Below, in pieces: positions 8,318-15,576 of a DNA stretch of 64,000 nt. The position numbers and the translations under genes are program-made. Within the stretch, counting starts at the first letter, position 1, and each line of letters begins with the position of its first letter. The stretch is taken from contig CAMHNI010000001.1 in assembly GCA_946186505.1 (NCBI GenBank), positions 37,416-101,415 on the forward strand, given 5' to 3'. The notes beneath the pieces were generated by a model. The model was not told the origin of the DNA. It did no database searches and worked only from the letters and a program-made list of their open reading frames with translations. This DNA is from an uncultured Prevotellaceae bacterium (GTDB lineage: Bacteria > Bacteroidota > Bacteroidia > Bacteroidales > Bacteroidaceae).

Positions 8318-10906
8318 CATCAGCGGTCCGTCAATTAAATGGACAACTGCCGACGAAGAGTTGTGGATGATTGTAGCCTTGCTCTTGTCGGAATTTTGAT
8401 AGGTATATTCACGAGCCATCAAGTTGAAAAGACCAGGCTTCTCGGTCATCACTCTGCGGGTCTGTCCTGCCTTGTCCTGAATGGTAAGACCGGTACCGCT
8501 CTTGTCGGTGGTGACCCTCAGTTTGTTGAAGGTCTTGCTCTTCTTGTTGATAGAGGCCGTCTCGTACTCTGTCGTGATGGCATCGGAGGCTCCTGTGTCA
8601 TCACTGTCTGATGTGTTGTCTGAACCGATGTAGAGGGCGTTGTCCTGAATATGGTAGCGCAGGAACTCGTTGATCTGCTGGGTGTACTGCATATAGGTCT
8701 CACGCTGCTTGTAGTCCATGGTGTCAAGGACTGACACGTCATCCCATGTCGGCAGCTTCTTCGCAGCAATCAGGGCATCAATGCTCTCATTGGTGGGTAC
8801 GTAGATGGTATAGTGGAAGTTGTTGAAAACGCTGACACAGGTGTCGTGGCAGGCAAAACGTCCGTCGTGGATGGTCTCTAGCAGGTCGCTACCCTCCAGG
8901 AGTTCGCGGAAACGGCTGAATTCAGGATGCTGACCCAAGATGCTGAAAACAGTCTGACGCGTGCCTAACACAGGACCTTGTTCCAAGATGTAGGTCTTAC
9001 CGTTACCGCCGTTGGTCTGGTCGTAGATATAGCTGATAGGTACGGAAGGTGTCTCGCCGTTCACCTGGAGGCTGCCTTCCACTAACATGCCTTGGGCACC
9101 TTGACCCACATTGCGAACACGGAGGGTAGAACCGCCTTTGGTGCGGTAATACTCATGGCCATCCTCTACGTCGCCAATCACCACATGGTCGTCCAGAATG
9201 TTATACAGACGGTTCAGGATGGGGTTGCCGTCCAAACTCTTGCCGCCGGTATTGGTATAGACGCCGATAGAGTCGCCTACAACGCCGGTCTCGGGGTCAA
9301 TATTATGGATGCTGGCATACACCTCACTGCCTTTTTTATTGGGGTCGTAGTGGAAACGCAGCATCTGGCGCTGGGGCTTGCCGTAGCTGACGGGATCGAT
9401 ATACTCCAAAAGCGCATTGTTCGACGGCAAGAAAAAGCTATAGCGCGAATTCAGCGAATTCAAGTAGGCACCATAGTTCAGCTGGTCAATGGCCCAGTGC
9501 ATGATACTCATGTTCTGGTCAACTACTGTGGGGTACATCACACTCACGAACGATGTTGGCGTAAACACGTGGTTTGTCAGATAGACGGCACCGTTACAGG
9601 CCAGCCACACCGAATCAACATGTTCCTTGGTGATGCCCATTGGGTCGGCAGCATCGTTCAGGATATATTGGAATTTGCTGGGCACGCTACTGATGAACGA
9701 TGACAACATGTTTGCTTTCATGAACTCTGTCAGGGTTGAGTAGGGAACATTGTCCCATGTGCCGAAACTCTTGCGCAGGGCAGCACCGGCTCCGTTCTCC
9801 CAATAGTCGTTCAGTGCCTTGTTGCTGGGAACAAGCATCACGGCCATATCTTGCTGCAGGGCTGTCTCACTGTTTTCGCTCGACAGGATATAGTAGCTGT
9901 TCCATCCCGGGTCAAACGACAGCTCACCGTTGGCCTGGCTTTTCTGGTTGTGCGTCGTGGTGAACTCCCTTCCGCCTTGCGAGCGCTTCGAGAAGTAACG
10001 CAACTGGAACACCGAGTCAACGTCGGTGCCACGGTTGGCATTGTAGGCGCGCGTCACCTCGTCGCCGCAATAGTCAAGCACTGAGTAGCGCTGCAGCAGG
10101 TGGGCAAAGGCACTGGTGTTCGGCTTGTTGTTTATGATGTCGGCCATGTTGGGTAGCGGTGTCATCACCTCACTCATGCGATTGATGAAACCATTCAGAC
10201 AACGGATGTTCTGCTCCACAATCTGTGCGCCGTTCACCGAGGCATCACCGCTCTGTCGGTGTGTGCGGTAGTTGTAGAGGAAATCATAGTCGTCGTTCGT
10301 AATCTGCTTGTTGGCCATGTGGCGCTCAATGAAGTGAATCAGGGGCGTCGGTGTCATGTCATGCATAACGACTAAGTCGTCACGGTCACGATAATTCTGC
10401 CAGTAGATGGCATCGGGAATATCTTCCTTCTTCAGTACTGGTACGGTGTCGTATATGGAGAGCGACGACTGACGGCGCATACAATTGCCCTCAATCGGCC
10501 CCTCGGTGCTCGATAGTGCCTGTACCTGGTAGCTGTTGTCAATCATACTGCCGAAGAGCAGCATCTTCTTCTGCGAGGTGGATAGCTCTTTGTAGCTCTT
10601 CACACCCCACCCGTTGTTGCTGTAAAACCTTTCGTAAGCTTCGTCATCAGCCACGAAAAGTGTTTTCGAACCAGTCTTGGCCAACACCTCACGATAACCA
10701 AGATCGTTAATCATCTGTACCGTGTTGGTGTAGTTGCCCTGCTCGTCAAGCCAACCGTAGATGGACTGGGTGCCACCGAGGCTGTCGGGCGCCCTTTCAT
10801 CCAAGTCGTAGCTATCACAGGCTGTGCTTGCCAGACCAGCAACGAGCATGGTACCGAGCACTAATCCATGCTGGCACCACTTGCACATTGTCTTTCGTTT
10901 TCCCAT
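8306..10906 (-). CDS. Multi-FAS1 (fasciclin) domain lipoprotein, first gene of the SusC/D operon
   Basis: 866-aa ORF with a lipobox (LASTACDS). FAS1-type motifs recur: TLFVADDEAYERF, MLVPSNKALNDYW, FFLPSNNALLEYI, TIYVPTNESIDALI and AVVHLIDGPL. Confidence 0.8.
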   Translation of the reverse strand: MGKRKTMCKWCQHGLVLGTMLVAGLASTACDSYDLDERAPDSLGGTQSIYGWLDEQGNYTNTVQMINDLGYREVLAKTGSKTLFVADDEAYERFYSNNGWGVKSYKELSTSQKKMLLFGSMIDNSYQVQALSSTEGPIEGNCMRRQSSLSIYDTVPVLKKEDIPDAIYWQNYRDRDDLVVMHDMTPTPLIHFIERHMANKQITNDDYDFLYNYRTHRQSGDASVNGAQIVEQNIRCLNGFINRMSEVMTPLPNMADIINNKPNTSAFAHLLQRYSVLDYCGDEVTRAYNANRGTDVDSVFQLRYFSKRSQGGREFTTTHNQKSQANGELSFDPGWNSYYILSSENSETALQQDMAVMLVPSNKALNDYWENGAGAALRKSFGTWDNVPYSTLTEFMKANMLSSFISSVPSKFQYILNDAADPMGITKEHVDSVWLACNGAVYLTNHVFTPTSFVSVMYPTVVDQNMSIMHWAIDQLNYGAYLNSLNSRYSFFLPSNNALLEYIDPVSYGKPQRQMLRFHYDPNKKGSEVYASIHNIDPETGVVGDSIGVYTNTGGKSLDGNPILNRLYNILDDHVVIGDVEDGHEYYRTKGGSTLRVRNVGQGAQGMLVEGSLQVNGETPSVPISYIYDQTNGGNGKTYILEQGPVLGTRQTVFSILGQHPEFSRFRELLEGSDLLETIHDGRFACHDTCVSVFNNFHYTIYVPTNESIDALIAAKKLPTWDDVSVLDTMDYKQRETYMQYTQQINEFLRYHIQDNALYIGSDNTSDSDDTGASDAITTEYETASINKKSKTFNKLRVTTDKSGTGLTIQDKAGQTRRVMTEKPGLFNLMAREYTYQNSDKSKATIIHNSSSAVVHLIDGPLMIEN

Positions 10907-10946
10907 GTTGTTTTTTGGTTTTTTAGAATATTCTGAATTGTGGGTG

Positions 10947-10954
10947 CAAAGGTA
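10947..10954 (-). promoter_or_regulatory. Bacteroidetes -7 promoter box (TACCTTTG) for the FAS1/SusC/SusD operon
   Basis: Matches TAnnTTTG on the minus strand, about 40 nt upstream of the ATG at 10906, in an intergenic region. Confidence 0.55.
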
Positions 10955-11082
10955 AGCAAAATAACTCTTAATAATTTATAATAAAGGCTACTCGTATTTC
11001 AAATTCGTATCAAGTCGCGGAAAAACATCTCTTAGACTTGCAAAAACATCTCATATGTAACGCTTTTCCCGAAGATAATGTG

Positions 11083-11090
11083 TAACTTTG
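11083..11090 (+). promoter_or_regulatory. Bacteroidetes -7 promoter box (TAACTTTG) for xerD
   Basis: TAnnTTTG lies 23 nt upstream of the ATG at 11113. Confidence 0.55.
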
Positions 11091-11112
11091 CGGCGAAAAT
11101 GAATAAAACGGC

Positions 11113-12027
11113 ATGATAGAGAGACGTGGAGACATCGTCAAGAACTATGTTCGCTTTCTCAAACTGGAACGCAACATGTCACCCAACACACTGGAAGCCT
11201 ACCAGCGTGATTTGGAGAAATTGCTCGCCTTCCTGAAACGGGAAGACAAGGATGTGCTCGATGTCCAATTAGAAGACTTGCAGACATTCGCCGCCGGCCT
11301 GCATGACATAGGCATCGGACCGCGCTCACAGTGCCGCATTTTGAGCGGTGTGCGTTCATTCTACCGGTTCCTGCTCATTGACGGCTACCGCGACAATGAT
11401 CCCACAGAGCTGTTGGAGTCCCCCGCTTTGGGCGAACATCTGCCCGAGGTGCTATCGACCGCCGAGGTTGACCAATTGGAAGCGTCGATAGACCTGTCAA
11501 AATGGGAAGGGCATCGTAACCGCGCCATTATCGAGGTGCTCTTCTCGTGCGGTCTCCGCGTCAGCGAACTAGTAACGCTGCGCCTGTCAAATCTCTACAT
11601 CGAAGAAGGCTTCGTCCGCGTTAATGGCAAGGGTGCTAAGGAACGGCTGGTGCCCATCTCATCCCGTGCCGTCAAGGAACTGGACCTCTGGTTTGACGAC
11701 CGACGTCAAATGTCCATTAAACCAGGGGAGGAGGACTATGTGTTCCTGAACCGACGGGGGGGCCACTTGACGCGCACCATGATTCTAATCATGATCAAAC
11801 AGCAGGCTGAGGCGGCCGGTATCAGCAAGACGATATCGCCCCATACACTGCGTCACTCCTTTGCCACCGCCCTGCTTGAGGGCGGTGCCGACCTGCGAGC
11901 CATCCAGGTCATGCTGGGCCACGAGTCTATTGGCACCACCGAAATCTACACCCACATAGACACAACTACACTGCGCAAGGAAATCTTGGAGCATCACCCG
12001 CGCAACATCGGGTTTTCACAGAAATAG
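11113..12027 (+). CDS. xerD: Site-specific tyrosine recombinase XerD
   Basis: 304 aa with an N-terminal SAM-like domain. The catalytic region reads HTLRHSFATALLEGGADLRAIQVMLGHESIGTTEIYTH, the R..HxxR..Y signature of the Xer family. Confidence 0.85.
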   Translation: MIERRGDIVKNYVRFLKLERNMSPNTLEAYQRDLEKLLAFLKREDKDVLDVQLEDLQTFAAGLHDIGIGPRSQCRILSGVRSFYRFLLIDGYRDNDPTELLESPALGEHLPEVLSTAEVDQLEASIDLSKWEGHRNRAIIEVLFSCGLRVSELVTLRLSNLYIEEGFVRVNGKGAKERLVPISSRAVKELDLWFDDRRQMSIKPGEEDYVFLNRRGGHLTRTMILIMIKQQAEAAGISKTISPHTLRHSFATALLEGGADLRAIQVMLGHESIGTTEIYTHIDTTTLRKEILEHHPRNIGFSQK

Positions 12028-12059
12028 CTTTGAAATTATACGATTAACTTCACTGCAGC

Positions 12060-14402
12060 ATGAAAAAATATTTATTATTTGCGATTGCCACCCTAGTTTC
12101 TATAGGAGGTCTGGCAAAAAACAACGACCCGATGTTGGTTCGCATCGAGTCTGGACAGGTAAAAGGCTTCGACCATGAGGGGTCGATAGGATTCCTAGGC
12201 ATTCCATACGCCAAAGTAGAGCGGTTCATGCCGCCGATGCCTGTCGATAAGTGGGACACCGTCAGGGTGTGCGACCACTGGGGACCGCAGGCCATGCAGA
12301 ACACTGGCGGGCGGAGACTGAGCGAAGCCGAGATGTCTGAGAACTGCTGTGTGTTGAACGTCTGGACAACGGACACCAAGAAGCCGAAGCCCGTCATGTT
12401 GTGGCTGCACGGCGGCGGCTTCGACTCTGGCACGTCGGCCTGGGATCCTGGCATGAAACTGGCACAGAAGGACGTTGTGGTGGTGAGCGTCAACCACCGT
12501 CTGAACATCATGGGTTTCCTCGACCTGTCAGCCTGCTCTCCAAAGTATAAGCATTCCGGCAATGTGGGCATGCTCGACGTGATACAGGCCCTGCAATGGA
12601 TTCAGAAGAACATCAGGCAGTTTGGCGGCGACCCCGCAAACGTCACCATCTTCGGTGAGTCGGGTGGCGGTGGCAAGGTGGGCACTCTGCTCTGCATGCC
12701 TCAGGCGAAGGGATTGTTCCACAAGGCTATCATCATGAGCGGCACTATCCTCAATGTCAACACCAAACAGATGACCGAAGAGTTGGGTAAGGCCGTGCTG
12801 AAGGAGTTGAACATCGATAATGAGCATATCGACCGCATCAATACCGTACCCTACGACGAGCTGTATGCCGCAGGGCAACGGGCAATGGCTGCCAGCATCG
12901 GCACTCGCAAACCCGGAACGCCGATGATGTGGGGGTTCGGACCTACTCCCGACGGTGAGACGCTGCTCCAGCAGCCATTCCAGAACGGCTTTGCAGCCAT
13001 CTCCGACAACATCCCTATCTTGATAGGCACCACGTTCAACGAACTGCAGCGCCTGCGCTACAGTCAGCCGTTGGCGCAAGACGAAGCCCGAAGGGAACTC
13101 ATGCAAACCTTCGGCTTCGACACCAATCGCTACATCAATGCCTTTGCCGAGGCTTATCCTAACTATACGCCGCAGGACCTGCTGAGCATCGATTGGCTCT
13201 TCCGTCCGAAGACCATCATTACTGCCGATGAAATTGCCGAAAATCGTCAGGCCAAAACGTGGATGTATATGTTCACATGGCACTCGCCAGTGAACAAGGG
13301 TAGCGTTCACGGCCAGGAACTGAAATTCTGTTTCAACACGCTTCACAGGGCCGGACGCGACCTGCCGAATCCTACGGAGGCCGACCAACGACTGGCCGAC
13401 ACCATGAGCAGTGTATGGGCACAATTTGCCAAGACAGGCGATCCTAACATTCCCGGTCTGCCTACGTGGCACCCCTATACAAAGGAGAACGGCGAACTGA
13501 TGGTACTTGACTACGATTGCACTATCCGCAACAACCCCGACCGCAAACTGGAGGAGATTATTGACAAGCACTGCTTTGCACAACTTGACGAGTTTCGTGC
13601 CGACCAGAAACGCCCCCGGCTGACGGAGGGTGATGTCACTATGAGCATCGATGTTGAGAATGGTGGAAAAATCATGTCGATGAAGTACAAGGGAAAGGAG
13701 GTTATCTCGCAGTCACGCAGGCCGGAAGCTTTTGGCAGCACATTCTGGACAAGTCCACAGAAGGAGTGGAACTGGCCTCCCGTATCGGAGTTCGACAAGA
13801 AACCCTATACCGTGGAGCAACACGATGGTCGCCTCGTCCTGACCAGCACGGTTTCCGAGAAACTGAAGTACCGTGTACGCAAGGAGTTTACCACCGATCC
13901 GGAAGATCACGCCATCATCATCACCTACTCTATAATTAACGAGAGTGACGAGACGAAGCGGGTGGCGCCCTGGGAGATTACCCGTGTGCCAAACGAGGGA
14001 CTGATTTTCTTTGATGCTCCCGTTGAAGGCATCACCCCGGAAGGGCTGATACCGTTCAAGACTGAACACGGAGCCGTTTGGTACCAAACGGACGAGGCCA
14101 ACGAGAACCGCAAGGTCAATGCCGACGGCAAGGGATGGCTTGCCTATGCCAACAACGGCCTGCTGCTGGTCAAGAGGTTCGAGGACCTAACCCCTTTGCA
14201 GCCAGCTCCTGGCGAAGCCGAGATACAGGTCTATGTCAATAGCGGCAAGACCTATATCGAGTTGGAGAGTCAGGGGGCCTATACCACGCTGAAGCCCAAG
14301 GAACAGCTAAGCTGGACGGTACGTTGGTACCTGCTACCCATAGAAGGCGGAACCTCACCATCGGAATACCTGCTGCAAAAAGTTAAAACCGTTATTCCGT
14401 AA
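12060..14402 (+). CDS. Secreted type-B carboxylesterase fused to a C-terminal beta-sandwich domain of about 270 aa (DUF4380 / mutarotase-like, by eye)
   Basis: 780 aa with a signal peptide. Carboxylesterase motifs are present: LWLHGGGF and the nucleophile elbow GESGGG. The extra domain starts near ...DVTMSIDVENGGKIMSMKYKGKEV. Confidence 0.8.
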   Translation: MKKYLLFAIATLVSIGGLAKNNDPMLVRIESGQVKGFDHEGSIGFLGIPYAKVERFMPPMPVDKWDTVRVCDHWGPQAMQNTGGRRLSEAEMSENCCVLNVWTTDTKKPKPVMLWLHGGGFDSGTSAWDPGMKLAQKDVVVVSVNHRLNIMGFLDLSACSPKYKHSGNVGMLDVIQALQWIQKNIRQFGGDPANVTIFGESGGGGKVGTLLCMPQAKGLFHKAIIMSGTILNVNTKQMTEELGKAVLKELNIDNEHIDRINTVPYDELYAAGQRAMAASIGTRKPGTPMMWGFGPTPDGETLLQQPFQNGFAAISDNIPILIGTTFNELQRLRYSQPLAQDEARRELMQTFGFDTNRYINAFAEAYPNYTPQDLLSIDWLFRPKTIITADEIAENRQAKTWMYMFTWHSPVNKGSVHGQELKFCFNTLHRAGRDLPNPTEADQRLADTMSSVWAQFAKTGDPNIPGLPTWHPYTKENGELMVLDYDCTIRNNPDRKLEEIIDKHCFAQLDEFRADQKRPRLTEGDVTMSIDVENGGKIMSMKYKGKEVISQSRRPEAFGSTFWTSPQKEWNWPPVSEFDKKPYTVEQHDGRLVLTSTVSEKLKYRVRKEFTTDPEDHAIIITYSIINESDETKRVAPWEITRVPNEGLIFFDAPVEGITPEGLIPFKTEHGAVWYQTDEANENRKVNADGKGWLAYANNGLLLVKRFEDLTPLQPAPGEAEIQVYVNSGKTYIELESQGAYTTLKPKEQLSWTVRWYLLPIEGGTSPSEYLLQKVKTVIP

Positions 14403-14444
14403 CAGTGCCAACAAGTGAGCCAAGTTGGCTCGGAGAACAGCCCC

Positions 14445-15506
14445 CTAACGATAGACTTTAATCTCCTGTTCGCCGCGCATGGCCCTGAGCACGTTCATGG
14501 CCAATGCAGTCAGTTCGTCCTCACCAGGATAGACGAAAACGGGAGCTATGAAGCTCAGCCTACGTCGCAGCCCGTCAGTGACATACTGGCTGTTGGCGAT
14601 GGCTCCTGTGATGATGACGGCATCCACATGTCCGTTGGTGGCGGGCGCCAGCGAGGCCATCCAGCGTGCAATCGAGTAGATCATGGCATCGAGCACGAGC
14701 TTAGCCTTCTCGTCGCCCTCGCCGATGCGCCGCTCCACTTCTCTCACGTCGTTGGTGCCAAGGTGAGCCGTCAACCCACTGTGGCCGTTTATCTTGCGTA
14801 GCATCTCGGCCTCGGTGTATTGTCCACTGTAACACAACTTCACCAGTTGTACCGTCGGCAGCATACCTGCACGCGATGGTGAGAAGGGGCCATCGCCGCT
14901 CAGGGCGTCACTACACTCTATAGCACGCCCGTGATGGTGCATCGCGAAGGAAATGCCGCTGCCCATGTGGCAGACGATGAGATCCTGTTCCTCATACCTC
15001 ACATCGTGCTCACGACAGTAGCGCTTGGCTATCTCGCGCTGGTTCAGGGCATGCCAGATAGTCTGGTGGGGTAGTTCGGGCAGACCGGTGATGCGTGCCA
15101 CGTCATCGAGTTCATCGACGACACCAGGGTCAACGGTGAAGGCACGACAGCCCTCTATCTCGCGGGCTATGCTCAGTGCCATCAGCGAACCGAGGTTACA
15201 AGCGTGGTGCAGGCGCGGATGCCGTGTGTCCTCTATCACCTTGTCATTCAGCTCATACACGCCGCCCTCAATGGGCTTCACCAGACCGCCGCGGCCCACG
15301 ACAACATCGAAGTCCATCTTGTAGCCCTGGCGTTGCAACTCCTCCATGACTTTCTCCTTTCGATAGTCAAACTCGTCCATGATAAAGGGATAGCGGCACA
15401 ATTCCTCGAAGGGGTGGCTAAGCGTGGCATGCATCAGCAGCTTCTCGTCAGAGAAGATGCCAACCTTGGTCGAAATCATTCCGGGATTGATAGCAAGTAT
15501 TTTCAT
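14445..15506 (-). CDS. buk: Butyrate kinase
   Basis: The protein begins MKILAINPGMISTKVGIF... and contains ...IVCHMGSGIS..., matching the acetate/butyrate kinase family. The ORF-track start at 15551 adds 15 non-homologous codons and overlaps a hairpin, so I use the ATG at 15506. Confidence 0.9.
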   Translation of the reverse strand: MKILAINPGMISTKVGIFSDEKLLMHATLSHPFEELCRYPFIMDEFDYRKEKVMEELQRQGYKMDFDVVVGRGGLVKPIEGGVYELNDKVIEDTRHPRLHHACNLGSLMALSIAREIEGCRAFTVDPGVVDELDDVARITGLPELPHQTIWHALNQREIAKRYCREHDVRYEEQDLIVCHMGSGISFAMHHHGRAIECSDALSGDGPFSPSRAGMLPTVQLVKLCYSGQYTEAEMLRKINGHSGLTAHLGTNDVREVERRIGEGDEKAKLVLDAMIYSIARWMASLAPATNGHVDAVIITGAIANSQYVTDGLRRRLSFIAPVFVYPGEDELTALAMNVLRAMRGEQEIKVYR

Positions 15507-15527
15507 AGTAGTACATGTTAATGTATT

Positions 15528-15564
15528 TTGATATGAGGGCGTGACAGTCACGCCCTCATATCAA
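15528..15564 (-). terminator. Strong inverted repeat between the GH35 gene and buk, a probable intrinsic terminator or processing hairpin
   Basis: The sequence is ttgatatgagggcgtgac a gtcacgccctcatatcaa, with 18-nt arms that are perfectly complementary. It lies 13 nt after the GH35 stop. There is no clear U-tract. Confidence 0.5.
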
Positions 15565-15576
15565 AACAAGTCAGTA

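Noticed and set aside
11756-11762. A G7 homopolymer inside xerD as a phase-variation tract.
   Set aside because: It encodes the conserved ...NRRGGHLTR... segment of Xer recombinases. The tract is short and lies in an essential-type gene, so it is probably just codon choice.
11113-12027. A tyrosine recombinase next to the PUL as a marker of an integrative mobile element or an invertible promoter.
   Set aside because: The sequence and length fit housekeeping XerD. I saw no flanking inverted or direct repeats, no tRNA and no mobility, conjugation or phage genes. It has its own -7 box.
12528-13583. Long antisense ORFs opposite confirmed genes. Examples are 12528-13583 (351 aa), 1605-2465, 35850-36692, 48585-49358, 49349-50044, 50819-51514, 51247-51981, 53920-54801, 54904-55779 and 31634-32311.
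   Set aside because: They lie exactly opposite genes with clear family motifs. Their composition is Arg/Ala/Val/Gly-rich and low in complexity, as expected for shadow frames in GC-rich coding DNA. They have no recognisable motifs, signal peptides or own promoter boxes.
14417-14431. The small palindrome GAGCCAAgTTGGCTC between the convergent esterase and buk genes as a terminator.
   Set aside because: The effective stem is about 5-6 bp with a minimal loop and no T-run on either strand. That is too weak to call.
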